A DNA stretch of 64,000 nt from Chloroflexota bacterium (GCA_963663275.1 OY760183.1:2176001-2240000); one strand, 5' to 3'. Counted from the first letter of the stretch, positions 1-10,053 are shown. The notes: generated by a model from the letters alone, not told the origin. Translations and numbers: made by a program.

Positions 1-1162
1 CTTCCAGAGCCGTGATGAGGCGGACGCAGACCTCGTTCGCCAGGAAGCAGCCGTCCGCAGTGAGGCGTATGGCGGAATCGTCCACCGCTACCAGGTCGGC
101 GCGGGTCAGTTCGGCCAACTCTGCGCCAAGCGGAATCACAGGATCAACGCCAAAGCGCGCCGCGAACTCCTGGCGCGCGATACCTCTCTTGAGCAAGCGC
201 AGGTTGAGGAAGATGCTCTCTTCCATGGCCATGGACGGCGTGACGGTCTCCGCGCGCTGGATTGTCGATTCTCCCTGGAGGCCCCGCTCGATGTACTCAC
301 GAGGCGCGCGAATCTCCTGCGTGCGCGCGCCGTGCAGAAAGCCATGCGCGCCTGCGCCCAGGCCCAGGTATGGCTCGTAGCGCCAGTAGACTTGATTGTG
401 CCGTCCCTCGTTGCCCGGCAGCGCCCAGTTAGAGATTTCGTAGTGTTCATAGCCGGCCCCGGCCAAGCGATGCTGGGCGTAGGCGTACATGTCGGCCGCA
501 ACGTCATCGGCGGGCAGCCGCACGCGCCCGTTCGCTACCCAGCGCGCATAGGGCGTGGTGGGTTCCACGGTCAGGCAGTAGAGCGAGAGGTGTTCCGGCG
601 CGAGGGCGAGGGCGGCGGCCACGTCATGACGCCAGTCGGCCAGCGACTGGTCGGGCACGGCGTACATGAGGTCGAGGCTGAGGTTGCGGAATCCGGCTTG
701 CCGGGCCAGGCGCAGGGCGCGCTTGGCCTGCGCGGCATTGTGGTCGCGCCCCAGAGTCTTGAGGAAGCGGTCCGAGAAACTCTGCACGCCGAACGAGAGG
801 CGGTTGACCCCGGCGGCGCGAAATCCGCTGAAGCGCGCGGCGTCGGCGGTAACCGGATTGGCCTCCAGCGTAATCTCGCAGTCCGCCGTGAGCGGCAGGA
901 CGGCGTTCACCGCTGCGATAATTTGGGCAACGTGTTTGGGTTCCAGCAATGATGGCGTGCCGCCGCCGAAGTAAATCGTGCGTGCCGCCTGATAGCCGCT
1001 CTCCGCGCCCCGCCGTGCTATGACGCGGCATAATGCTTCAACGTAGGCCGGGATGAGCGACTGGAGGCCGGCGTACGTGTTAAAATCGCAGTACGGACAC
1101 CGCACGCGGCAGAAGGGAATGTGCACATAGACGGCGAGCGCGTTCTTGACTTCCACACCCAT
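1..1162 (-). CDS. hemW: Radical SAM heme chaperone HemW (HemN-like); 3' end runs off the window edge
   Basis: Manual translation of the minus strand (absent from the ORF track): MGVEVKNALAVYVHIPFCRVRCPYCDFNTY...TIYFGGGTPSLL, and C-terminal RLTADGCFLANEVCVRL in the same frame at the window start. Confidence 0.9.
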   Translation of the reverse strand, partial: MGVEVKNALAVYVHIPFCRVRCPYCDFNTYAGLQSLIPAYVEALCRVIARRGAESGYQAARTIYFGGGTPSLLEPKHVAQIIAAVNAVLPLTADCEITLEANPVTADAARFSGFRAAGVNRLSFGVQSFSDRFLKTLGRDHNAAQAKRALRLARQAGFRNLSLDLMYAVPDQSLADWRHDVAAALALAPEHLSLYCLTVEPTTPYARWVANGRVRLPADDVAADMYAYAQHRLAGAGYEHYEISNWALPGNEGRHNQVYWRYEPYLGLGAGAHGFLHGARTQEIRAPREYIERGLQGESTIQRAETVTPSMAMEESIFLNLRLLKRGIARQEFAARFGVDPVIPLGAELAELTRADLVAVDDSAIRLTADGCFLANEVCVRLITALE

Positions 1163-1987
1163 GTCTTTCCCGCAGAAATCGTGCAGGCGCGTGAGCGGTA
1201 TTTCGCCAACGAGCCCTGGTTCGAGACGCTCTACGCCGCGCCGCGCAGCCGCTTGGCGACCGCCGCCGACCTGGCGCGGGCTATGGAACGTGACAGTATT
1301 TCCGCGGCGGTGGCGCTGAATTTCGGCTGGCGCGACCCGGGACTCTGCCGCGCGACGAACGACTCTATTCTAGATGCTCTGCGGCCGCATCGCCAGATTG
1401 CGCCGTTCTGCGCGGTCGCGCCGGGGGATGCGGGCGCGGCGCACGAGATCGGGCGCTGCGCGGCGCTAGGCTTTCGCGGCGTGGGCGAACTCAACGCCGA
1501 CGGCCAGGGCTTCGACGTGACCGACGAGCGCACGATGCGGCCCGTCATCGAGGCGTGCCGCGCCCACGGCATGGTTTTGCTCCTCCATGCCAGCGAGCCG
1601 TTGGGACATACGTACCCCGGCAAAGGGACTACGACGCCGGAGAAGTTGGTCCGCCTGCTGGCAATGGCGGAGGACGTGCCGCTGGTGTTGGCCCACTGGG
1701 GCGGCGGTCTGCTGTTCCACGAACTCATGCCTGAAATCGAAGAGTTGACGCGCACGACTTTCTACGATTCCGCGGCCACGCCGTATCTCTATACGCCGGA
1801 GATCTATGAGATTGGCGCGCGGCTTGGCGGTTCACGGCTGCTCTTTGGCAGCGACTACCCGCTCATGCCGCCGCGCCGCGCGCTTGCGCACGTGGACAAG
1901 GCGCAATTAGGCGTTGAAGACCGCCGCGCGTTGCTCTGGGACAACGGCGCGCGCTTGCTGGGACTGACGCCGCGTGCGCAGCCATGA
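1121..1987 (+). CDS. Amidohydrolase family protein (amidohydro_2 TIM barrel)
   Basis: DFHTH metal motif, GFRGVGEL, LAHWGGG, LFGSDYP. Confidence 0.85.
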   Translation: MHIDGERVLDFHTHVFPAEIVQARERYFANEPWFETLYAAPRSRLATAADLARAMERDSISAAVALNFGWRDPGLCRATNDSILDALRPHRQIAPFCAVAPGDAGAAHEIGRCAALGFRGVGELNADGQGFDVTDERTMRPVIEACRAHGMVLLLHASEPLGHTYPGKGTTTPEKLVRLLAMAEDVPLVLAHWGGGLLFHELMPEIEELTRTTFYDSAATPYLYTPEIYEIGARLGGSRLLFGSDYPLMPPRRALAHVDKAQLGVEDRRALLWDNGARLLGLTPRAQP

Positions 1988-2057
1988 CGGTGCGATGCTT
2001 GCAGGGCGTGCTCACCCGGATGAAACCTCTAGGAAACCCCGCAGAGAGGCGTCCAGT

Positions 2058-2185
2058 CCCCTCTCCACGGGGGAGAGGGTTAGGGTGAGGGGGGATTGTG
2101 CGAGGACATGCGCCCAAGTCTTGCGTAATCGGGAGGAAACAGAGAGGATTCCCCTCACCCCGGCCCTCTCCCCAGGGAGAGGGGG
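2058..2185. repeat. Inverted doublet of palindromic repeat family A (CCCTCTCC-n-GGAGAGGG plus GGGTGAGGG tail)
   Basis: ccctctccacgggggagagggttagggtgagggg ... cccctcaccccggccctctccccagggagagggg; further copies near 18401-18487, 23127-23233/24500-24521, 24581-24760, 33197-33233, 38383-38415, 43585-43620. Confidence 0.85.
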
Positions 2186-2241
2186 TCTATAGGCCGGTCT
2201 GGGTTGCTCACAGCGTGGCCCGTACGGGATGCGGAGATCTC

Positions 2242-3573
2242 CTAATGGACCTCGGCCAAGGCGCCGCTCAGTTTGCCGGCGTGGGCGGCGATTTTGGCGA
2301 ACGCGGCGGCGTATTGGGCGATCAATTCATCCGCCGGACGGGTGAAACTGGGAATCCGGATCGTATCGTAGGGGATTTCCGGGTCTTCCGTAACGGGCAG
2401 CCTGACGTTCGCGTAGTCTACCCGCGTGGCGTTCGGTCCCAGCACTTCCCAGAGGACGTCCCCGGTGCCGTGTTCGTTGCCCTGAAAGACCGGATGCTTG
2501 TGGAGCATGTGAGTGAGACCGTTGGCGTGGGGCGTGAGCGTGTCCTTCTGCGCGGGAGAAGAAACCTGCGCGCCTTCGGCCTGGAGCGCCTCCAGCAGCC
2601 GCCTGCGGGTGATGCCGCCAAGCGCGCCGGGATCGAACGTGATGCGGCCGCTGGAATACGGCGAAGGAAAGTAATCGGGAAAGCCGGGCGCGGAAAAACC
2701 GTCGATTGCAGCTATGGCCGCTCCCAGCTTGTCGGTGTTTGCATGCCGCACGGCGAGGCGTTCTGGCCAGTATTTCATCTGCACCACGCCAATGGCCGCC
2801 GATAGGGTCGCCATGCGGTATTTTTCACCGAAGCTGAAGCCGGTCATGGCGCGCCACTTGGGATTGGGCAATTCGCGCAGGCGTTCGTAGTGTCCCAGGC
2901 ATGCGGCGCGTTGGTAAACTTCTGTGTCATTGGTCATAAAGACGCCGCCCTCGCCGGCCGACGTGCTCTTGCCGTGCTGGAAACTGATGGCGGCGGCGTC
3001 GCCAATCGAACCCGCCATGCGCCCGCGATGGGTCGCGCCCTGGGAGATGCAGTTGTCTTCCACAACGCGCAACGAGTGGCGCGCCGCGATGTCCATGATG
3101 GCGTCCATGTCCGCCGGACAGCCGGGCCAGTGGACGACCATGATGGCTCTGGTGCGCGGCGTGATCTTGCGTTCTACGTCGGCCGGGTCGAGGGTGAGCG
3201 TGAGAGGATCGATGTCGGCGAAAACCGGCACGGCGCCGCTGCCGACAATCGGCAGACAGTTGAAGGGATGGATGGCCGACTGGCAAATCACCTCGTCCCC
3301 AGACAGAACGCCAACGCCAAAGAGCGCCGCCCGCAGCGAGGCCGTGCCCGACGAATGCGCCAGCGCGTGCTTGACGCCCCACGTTTCCGCCACCATCCGC
3401 TCCAAGTCCGTGATCGGCCCCGGCCCGCCAAACTGGCTGGCAAGGGCGTGGTTGCGAATGAGGTTCGAAACGACTTCTACTTCTTCCTCGGTGTAGATCG
3501 GCCACTGGGTGTAGTAATTGTGGTCGATGGTCACGGCGGGTTCGCCGCCCAGAATCGCGGGTAGTGGTGTCAT
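2242..3573 (-). CDS. DegT/DnrJ/EryC1/StrS PLP-dependent aminotransferase
   Basis: SSGTASL, VPVFADID, SFQHGKSTSAGEGG (PLP lysine); ATG at 3573 preceded by AGGAG. Confidence 0.88.
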   Translation of the reverse strand: MTPLPAILGGEPAVTIDHNYYTQWPIYTEEEVEVVSNLIRNHALASQFGGPGPITDLERMVAETWGVKHALAHSSGTASLRAALFGVGVLSGDEVICQSAIHPFNCLPIVGSGAVPVFADIDPLTLTLDPADVERKITPRTRAIMVVHWPGCPADMDAIMDIAARHSLRVVEDNCISQGATHRGRMAGSIGDAAAISFQHGKSTSAGEGGVFMTNDTEVYQRAACLGHYERLRELPNPKWRAMTGFSFGEKYRMATLSAAIGVVQMKYWPERLAVRHANTDKLGAAIAAIDGFSAPGFPDYFPSPYSSGRITFDPGALGGITRRRLLEALQAEGAQVSSPAQKDTLTPHANGLTHMLHKHPVFQGNEHGTGDVLWEVLGPNATRVDYANVRLPVTEDPEIPYDTIRIPSFTRPADELIAQYAAAFAKIAAHAGKLSGALAEVH

Positions 3574-3657
3574 GCTCCTGCCTCGCTGGTAGACTGACCT
3601 TCTCTTGCCGTACGGCCTTCTCATGCTACGTTTGCAAGCGCCGCGCGCACGGACGGG

Positions 3658-4518
3658 CTATGCGCCGTGGGGAATGCCCAGTTCCGCGCAGATGCCCTTT
3701 ACATAAGAGAAGTCGGCCTTGGTCTGCTCGATCAATTCGTCGTGTGAGAGGCTCTTCCACGAGGCGCCGCCTTGGTATTCGCTGTGGAACGAGGCGTAGC
3801 CGTCGTAGCCAATCTGCCTGAGGTAGCCGAACGCTTCCGGATACGGCGTAAAACCGCGTTCGACGGGCACCAGCCTCCGATGCCACTTGTGCGCGCCGGT
3901 CTTGGGGTCTTCTTCCCAGAACTGGCCCATGTTCTTCAGCGCGAGCATGACCAACCGGTCCGACACTAAGTCCAGACCCTGAATCCAGCCGCCGTAGCTG
4001 CCCTCCACGCCCATGTGTCCAAAATCGCCGTAGACGCCGATGGCCTGCGGGTCGAAGTCCTCGATGAGCGGAAGTACGATAGTCGCTACTGCGGACATAA
4101 AGGGTCCGGAGTGGATGTGCATGCCGCCTTGGACGTCATACTTGTGGCAGAGGCGTTCGATGCTGCGCACCGCTTCCCGCGTCTCGGCAAGCTGGCGCCT
4201 GAGATTGCCGAAACCGTCGTACTTGTGGTAGCCCAGCTTGAACTGGGTAATGCCCAGGTCGCTGGCGGTTGCCAGGATGTCCGCGGCGTGGGGGGCGTCG
4301 GCGCTGAAGATGTTCGTGGTAATCCAGCCGATTTCCAAGCCCCGGTCGCGGATGGCTTTAGCGGCCTTGGGCAGATCGGTTTTGACGTTTTCGGGCAGCA
4401 CGTGGCCGGGGCTGCGCACGGTCAGGTCGACGCCGTCCAAACCGATGCCGGCAATCGTATCCGCAAGTTCCGCGTAGCTGAGGTGCTCGAGATGCTTGGA
4501 GAACATGATGAACTTCAT
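3658..4518 (-). CDS. Sugar phosphate isomerase/epimerase (xylose-isomerase-like TIM barrel)
   Basis: FSKHL, GLDGVDLTVRSPGHV, HIHSG, DFGH, SFHSEY. Confidence 0.8.
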   Translation of the reverse strand: MKFIMFSKHLEHLSYAELADTIAGIGLDGVDLTVRSPGHVLPENVKTDLPKAAKAIRDRGLEIGWITTNIFSADAPHAADILATASDLGITQFKLGYHKYDGFGNLRRQLAETREAVRSIERLCHKYDVQGGMHIHSGPFMSAVATIVLPLIEDFDPQAIGVYGDFGHMGVEGSYGGWIQGLDLVSDRLVMLALKNMGQFWEEDPKTGAHKWHRRLVPVERGFTPYPEAFGYLRQIGYDGYASFHSEYQGGASWKSLSHDELIEQTKADFSYVKGICAELGIPHGA

Positions 4519-4699
4519 GCGGTGAAGACTCCTTGCCTAGGCGGGAAATAATTGACTGCTGCGCGCTAGTGTAGCGGTTTCAGTGGGCGCTGTCTATCGG
4601 GATACGGCGGTTGGAGCGGCCGCGGGCCGCTTGCAGAGCGGCTTGCGCGAGGCGCTGCGTTCCCTTAGCGGTCAGAACGCAATGCCGTTGCGCAAGACC

Positions 4700-4835
4700 C
4701 GATAGGGTAGTTCAGCCCGCTGGAACGTTGCGCTTCGGTAGGCTCAGCGCAGGCGTGTCGAAGCGTGAACCGGCAGGGCAAAGCGCCGCATCCAATTTGC
4801 CCGGTCACTCGTCAACAGGCTCGAGGCGAACGATG
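4700..4835. repeat. Degenerate palindromic repeat (family D, CTTCGACAGGCTCAG type)
   Basis: cttcggtaggctcagcgcaggcgtgtcgaagcg resembles the units at 50352-50660. Confidence 0.5.
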
Positions 4836-4882
4836 TGAACACAGACTGTCCAGAAGAGTGACGGGATGGCCGCTCGCTCGCC

Positions 4883-5473
4883 TCAACGCAACTGGCTCCG
4901 GACGTGGAGCACGCGCTGCACCGTGGTAAGCAGCGTCAGGATGGCCAACAGCCAGATGACGATTTTGAGCACGATCAGCAGGTTGGCGGGGAAGAGCAAC
5001 GCCAGGCCGAGCGCGATCACGCGCTCCGGACGTTGAAACCAACCGACGCTGCACTCAAGGCCCAACCCTTCCGCCCGGGCGCGGGTGTAGCTCACCATCT
5101 GCGAGCCAACCAACATCAGCGCCGCGCCCAGCACGGTCAGATCGTCCTGCAAGCTGAGGAAATACCCAATCAAGCCCAGGCAGATGGCGGCCTCCGCCAG
5201 CCGGTCCAAGGTGGAATCGAAGAAGGCGCCGAAGGTCGTGCGCCGGTCGCTGACCCGCGCCAGCGCGCCGTCCAGCATGTCGAAGGCGCTAGCCACCAGC
5301 ACAAGCACGGCCGCCCACGGCCACAGCCCTTGCCATACCGCCGCGGCCGCCACGAAGCTGAGCGCCAAGCCAACGGTCGTGACCGTGTTCGGTTGTACGC
5401 CCAGGCGCGCCAGCGGGCGCACCACCGCCTCCATAGCCGTTTGCGCCCAGGCGCGCACACCGGGATGAATCAT
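4883..5473 (-). CDS. pgsA: CDP-alcohol phosphatidyltransferase, probable phosphatidylinositol-phosphate synthase
   Basis: DMLDGALAR...FGAFFDSTLDR signature, VSYTRARAEGLG, RPER; same operon as ino1 and pimA. Confidence 0.85.
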   Translation of the reverse strand: MIHPGVRAWAQTAMEAVVRPLARLGVQPNTVTTVGLALSFVAAAAVWQGLWPWAAVLVLVASAFDMLDGALARVSDRRTTFGAFFDSTLDRLAEAAICLGLIGYFLSLQDDLTVLGAALMLVGSQMVSYTRARAEGLGLECSVGWFQRPERVIALGLALLFPANLLIVLKIVIWLLAILTLLTTVQRVLHVRSQLR

Positions 5474-5537
5474 GACGTAGCCATCTCCATTGAATTGCCG
5501 TCGAGTGCGGCGCGCGCTCGCGGCGAGCGGCCGTACC

Positions 5538-6728
5538 TCACGAAACTTTATCCTTCTTCCACCGCCGTATGCGCGCCCAATTGTAGCGGGGGCCGCGCGG
5601 CGCGGCGTTGGCGATGCTTTCCTCATAGAAACCGATGATCTGCGCCGCGACCTTTTCCCACGAGTAGCCTTGCGCCGCCTGCGCTCCCTTGGCGCCGGCC
5701 TCCGCGCGCAGCGATTCGCTATCGAGAAAGCGCAGCAGGGCCTGCGCCAGTGCCGCGTCGTCTTCCGGCGGCACGAGCGCGCCGGCGCCGGTGCCCGCCA
5801 ACACGCCCCGGTAGCCTTCGATGCCGGACGCCACCACCGGTTTGCCGGCTGCCATGGCCTCCAGTAACACGATGCCCTGGCTCTCCCCGCCCGTAGAGGG
5901 CGCGCAGAAGACGTGGCACGACTTGTAGTAGCGCACCTTCTCTTCCCGGCTCACGAAACCCACGAACATCACGTTGGCCAGGCCCAGTTCCACCACAATC
6001 TTCTCGTAGTCGGCGCGCTGTTCCTCCGTGAACGCCCCTACCACAATCAGGCGCACGTCTTGCGCGCTGCGCTCCTGCACCGTCCGCAAGGCCTCCAAGA
6101 GGTACGCCAGGCCTTTGCGCTTCTCCAGCCGCCCCACGAACAGGACGTTCATCATGCCGTCGTCCAGTTCGGGGAAGGGCGGCAGGGCGCTTTGGAAGAG
6201 CCGCATGTCGATGCCGTTGGGGATGATGTGGTACTGGGACGGAAAGTACCGTTCGATCAACTCCCGGGCCGCCGCCGATACCGCGATGCGCCCCTGCAAG
6301 CGGTTGAAGTACCGCTTCAGCAACGGCTTGCCGTAGAGATAGGCAAAGTGCGAGCGCCGGTAGGTGTGGAAGGTGCCTACGTTTACCGTGCGAGAGTGGC
6401 GCAGCACCGTAATCGGCAGTGCCGGCGCCAGCGGCTCGTGCAGGTGCACCACGTCGAACCGCTCGCCGCTGAGAATCTCCTTCACCTGGCGCGAAAGCGT
6501 GAGCGAGAGCGAAATGCGCGCCACCGAGGCGTTCGTCGGCACCCTGACAATCGTCTTGCCCACCCGGTATAGGTTGTCGTAGGGCAACTCCTCTTCCGGC
6601 TGGGATGAAGGCGCGAGAATGCGCACCTCGTGACCCATGCGCCGAAACTGCGCGTTGAGATGGCTGATGTGTTCGGTCACACCGCCTGGGTAGGCGTAGT
6701 CGTAGGGCGAAACCAGGGCAATCTTCAC
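5538..6728 (-). CDS. pimA: GT4 glycosyltransferase, PimA-like phosphatidyl-myo-inositol alpha-mannosyltransferase
   Basis: KIALVSPYD...PGGV, HLHEP, VGTFH, GRLEKRKG, STGGESQGIVLLEAMAAG; GTG start at 6728 (alternative 6740). Confidence 0.8.
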   Translation of the reverse strand: MKIALVSPYDYAYPGGVTEHISHLNAQFRRMGHEVRILAPSSQPEEELPYDNLYRVGKTIVRVPTNASVARISLSLTLSRQVKEILSGERFDVVHLHEPLAPALPITVLRHSRTVNVGTFHTYRRSHFAYLYGKPLLKRYFNRLQGRIAVSAAARELIERYFPSQYHIIPNGIDMRLFQSALPPFPELDDGMMNVLFVGRLEKRKGLAYLLEALRTVQERSAQDVRLIVVGAFTEEQRADYEKIVVELGLANVMFVGFVSREEKVRYYKSCHVFCAPSTGGESQGIVLLEAMAAGKPVVASGIEGYRGVLAGTGAGALVPPEDDAALAQALLRFLDSESLRAEAGAKGAQAAQGYSWEKVAAQIIGFYEESIANAAPRGPRYNWARIRRWKKDKVS

Positions 6729-6736
6729 GCGCCGCC

Positions 6737-7474
6737 TCACTTCCCAAGGACCAGCGTTTCTCCCAGCCAGTCCGCATACCGCCGCATCTTGCGCCGGAAG
6801 TAGAGCATCGACTCTTCCAGATCGAAGTAGCCGCCGCCGGCCAGCGTCGTCTTCTGCGCGATTGCCAGCCGCACGTCATCGGCCGTCTTGCCGGGAAAGA
6901 GGGTGTGCGCCTTGCCAATGCCCTCCAGGATGTGGGCGTCGCTGCCGCCAACCTGGGGAAGACTGAGCTTCCGCTGGAGTTCCAGCGCCTTCTCGTAGCT
7001 CATCTTGCCGGCCGGACTGGCGTTCATCACCTCGATCGCGTCGAAGCGGTAGCCCTTCCGTTCCAGGCGTTTCAGGGTGTGGGGCATGAAGCTAAGCGTC
7101 AACCAGGACATGGGATGCGGCACCACGACCAGTCCGCCTTGTTCGCGGATGGCGTCGATCGTCCATTCGGCGCTGCGCAGCACGGGAAACGCCGTTTCTA
7201 CCCAAAGACCGATGAGGTGGCCGTCGAACGTGGATACCTCGATACCGGGAATCACTTCCACGCCGGGGAACTGGTCGGCGAGCGCCGCGGCCTCCAGCGC
7301 GCCGTCGATCTCATCGTGATCCGTGACGGCCAGCACCGCGATGTCAGTCTTGGCGCTTACGTAGTCCAACATCTCGTAGGGCGTGAACGTGCCGTCGCTC
7401 GCCTTCGTGTGAATGTGCAGGTCCGCTATGCTCAAGGACGCCGGAGTTGGCAATTCTGCCGGGGACGGTTGCAC
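6737..7474 (-). CDS. PHP-domain metallophosphoesterase
   Basis: DLHIHT, TDHD, GIEVS, GHL, PHP, GGSDAH motifs; GTG at 7474 preceded by AGGAGG. Confidence 0.85.
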   Translation of the reverse strand: MQPSPAELPTPASLSIADLHIHTKASDGTFTPYEMLDYVSAKTDIAVLAVTDHDEIDGALEAAALADQFPGVEVIPGIEVSTFDGHLIGLWVETAFPVLRSAEWTIDAIREQGGLVVVPHPMSWLTLSFMPHTLKRLERKGYRFDAIEVMNASPAGKMSYEKALELQRKLSLPQVGGSDAHILEGIGKAHTLFPGKTADDVRLAIAQKTTLAGGGYFDLEESMLYFRRKMRRYADWLGETLVLGK

Positions 7475-7491
7475 GTGCGCGACCCTCCTAT

Positions 7492-8412
7492 TCAAGCGCG
7501 GCCCGCGGTGGAAGCGTCGCCGGTCAACGGCTGGGGCCACATGCGGCGAAACATGTACCACTGCTCCGGGCAACCCCGCACGATCTCTTCGAACATGCTC
7601 GCCAGTTGCTGCATGACCGCCTGGATGTCCTGTTTCTCATCGTCGCTCCGCGCGGTGTAGAGCGGCGGGTAGACGGTGACGGCCAGGCCGTCGCCGTCGC
7701 TGCGCCGGCAGTCGCACATCACCAGCGGAGCGCCGGTGCGCAGCGCCAGCGCCGCCGGCCCGGCGGGCAAGTACACCCGCGTGCCAAAGAACGTTACGGG
7801 CACGCCCTGCGCATTCATCGGCCGGTCGAAGAGCAGCCCGACGACGCGGTTGGCGTGGAGTTGCCGCAGCATGGCGCGCAAGCCCCGTTCCACCGGCACG
7901 GTATCGAAACCCAATCGCTCCCGCACCCGGCGCACGACCCAATCCAACGTTCCGCTCTGCAGGCGGTCTACCGGAATCAGCACCGGAAACCGCTGGGCGA
8001 GCATCGCGCCGCCCAGGTCCCACAGGCCAAAGTGCCCGGAAACGAAGATCACCCCTTTGCCGGCTTGCAGGGCTTCCGCTATGTACTCTTCGCCGTGAAA
8101 CTCCCGTACCCGCTTCTGCAAACGCTCCGGCGTCATCCGCAGCCAACTGAGGAAGTCTGCCAGATACCAGCCGTAGTTCTCCATGGACTTCCTGGCCAGC
8201 CGTTGCGTCTCCGGGTCCCGCTCCGGTTTGCCCAACACGTGGGACATGTTGGCAATGACGTTCTCGCGTCCCGCGCTCCAGACGGTGAAGATCAGGCGGG
8301 CCAGCAGGCTGGCGGCGCGATACTTGACCGCTTGCGGCAGGACGCCGTCCAACGCGGCGCCCGTCACCAACAAGAGCCGTCCCATTACCCCGCCGAACGT
8401 CATGTCGCGCAC
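7492..8412 (-). CDS. Lipid acyltransferase, PatA-like (LpxL/PIM acyltransferase family)
   Basis: HFGLWD (HxxxxD), LLFDR, VTFFG, PAGPAALALRTGAP, PEQWYMF. Confidence 0.85.
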   Translation of the reverse strand: MRDMTFGGVMGRLLLVTGAALDGVLPQAVKYRAASLLARLIFTVWSAGRENVIANMSHVLGKPERDPETQRLARKSMENYGWYLADFLSWLRMTPERLQKRVREFHGEEYIAEALQAGKGVIFVSGHFGLWDLGGAMLAQRFPVLIPVDRLQSGTLDWVVRRVRERLGFDTVPVERGLRAMLRQLHANRVVGLLFDRPMNAQGVPVTFFGTRVYLPAGPAALALRTGAPLVMCDCRRSDGDGLAVTVYPPLYTARSDDEKQDIQAVMQQLASMFEEIVRGCPEQWYMFRRMWPQPLTGDASTAGRA

Positions 8413-8418
8413 ATCTCC

Positions 8419-9534
8419 TTACGCGGGGTCGTCGCCTTGGAGAACGTGTCCCGCGTCATCGCCGGTTCCGGCGATGAACGCTTCCAGCATTTCCCGCGCC
8501 CGCTCGTCGGCAATCTGTTGCGGCGGCGACTTCATCAGATACGCCGAGGCCGCCACCAGCGTGCCGCTCAGATTTCGGTCCAGCCCGATTTTGGCCAAGC
8601 GGACGGCATCCAGCACCACTCCCGCGGAATTCGGTGAATCCCATACTTCCAGCTTGAGTTCGGCGCGCAGCGGCACGTCGCCAAAGGACCGGCCGTTCAT
8701 ATAGATGTAGGCCCACTTGCGGTCTTGCAGGAACGGCACGTGGTCGCTGGGCCCGATGTAGACGTTATCCGCGCCGGGATCGTAATCCAACTGCGAGGTG
8801 ACCGCGTTCGTCTTGGATTCCTTCTTGGAATTGAGGCGCGAGCGTTCCAGCATGTTGAGGAAGTCGGTATTGCCCCCCACGTTGAGCTGGCTGGTTTCCT
8901 CCAGGCGCACGCCGCGCTCCCGGAAGAGCCGCGCCAGCGCGCGATGGACGATCGTGGCGCCCACCTGCGACTTGATGTCGTCGCCTACGATGGGCACGCC
9001 CGCTTCGTGAAAGCGCCGCTGCCAATACGGCTCGCGGCCGATGAAAACCGGAATGCAGTTGACGAAGGCGCAACCGGCCTGCAAGACCTGCTCCACGTAC
9101 CACTTCGTCGCCTCTTCGCTGCCGACCGGCAAGTAGCTGACGACCACGTCGGTGCCGGTCTCTTTCAGGATATTGACGATGTCGTCGGTAGCGCCGGGCG
9201 CTTTATTCACCACGCCGCTGAGATACTGGCCGATGCCGTCGTGGGTCATGCCTCGATGCACGGTCACGCCCAGCGGTTCCACCTCAGAGAACTTGATCGT
9301 GTTGTTCGGCGATTCCCACATCGCCTCGCTGAGGTCCTTGCCAACCTTGTTTTCGTCCACGTCGAACGCGGCTGAGAACTCCACGTCGCTGACGTGGTAA
9401 TCGCCCAGGCGCACGTGCATGAGACCCGGCACGAAATCCGAATCCGCCGCGTTCCGGTAATAGCTCACACCCTGAATTAGAGACGACGCGCAGTTGCCCA
9501 CGCCAACAATCGCCACCCGTACCGTACTACTCAC
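8419..9534 (-). CDS. ino1: myo-inositol-1(3)-phosphate synthase
   Basis: [57 protein letters not shown]. Confidence 0.95.
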   Translation of the reverse strand: MSSTVRVAIVGVGNCASSLIQGVSYYRNAADSDFVPGLMHVRLGDYHVSDVEFSAAFDVDENKVGKDLSEAMWESPNNTIKFSEVEPLGVTVHRGMTHDGIGQYLSGVVNKAPGATDDIVNILKETGTDVVVSYLPVGSEEATKWYVEQVLQAGCAFVNCIPVFIGREPYWQRRFHEAGVPIVGDDIKSQVGATIVHRALARLFRERGVRLEETSQLNVGGNTDFLNMLERSRLNSKKESKTNAVTSQLDYDPGADNVYIGPSDHVPFLQDRKWAYIYMNGRSFGDVPLRAELKLEVWDSPNSAGVVLDAVRLAKIGLDRNLSGTLVAASAYLMKSPPQQIADERAREMLEAFIAGTGDDAGHVLQGDDPA

Positions 9535-9588
9535 CGATTCAACTCTCCCTAGCGCTGCTGCAATACTTCTCGCTAACCTGCCTTGCCC

Positions 9589-9990
9589 GTAGCGCGGGGG
9601 CTTGTCCCCCGCCGTCCTTCACTGTCTTGGGGGCTTGCGCCCCGCCTTCCCTCACCGTAGCGCGGGGGCTCTTCCCCCGCTGACCTTGACTGTCTTGGGG
9701 GCTTGCCCCCCGCTTCTCCTCACCGTAGCGCGGGGGCTCATCCCCAATGCTGTCGCATTAAACACAATGAGAGTGAAAACAACGCTCGTTTCTCCGGTAG
9801 CGCAGGTTTGTAACCTGCGTCTTCCGTAAGGTCAATCCATTCCGTTCTCATTTTTCTTGTTCCGGCGGGGGACAAGCCCCCGCGCTACGTTAATGCGACA
9901 GTATTGGGGCTCATCCCCCGCTGACCTTGACTGTTCCCGGGGCTTGCCCCCCGCTGTCCCTCACCGCTGCGCGGGGGCTTCTCTCCCGCG
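9589..9990. repeat. Tandem array of GTAG-type REP-like hairpins (family B, GTAGCGCGGGGGCTTGTCCCCCGC)
   Basis: Alternating hairpins with about 68 bp period; same family at 40207-40545. Confidence 0.85.
9745..9906. mobile_element. MITE with 16-bp terminal inverted repeats and 11-bp target duplication (IS4-like ends)
   Basis: CAATGCTGTCGCATTA ... TAATGCGACAGTATTG; GGGCTCATCCC at 9734-9744 and 9907-9917; second copy at 40309-40486. Confidence 0.8.
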
Positions 9991-10053
9991 CCAACCGCCG
10001 CGCCTGCCCATGCCTTCAACGTCCATGCCGCGCGTGCGGTTTCCGCGCTCACC

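Noticed and set aside
9589-9990. Possible CRISPR array (also 40207-40545)
   Set aside because: Intervening sequences are short and repeat each other, units are degenerate REP-like hairpins, and no cas genes are present.
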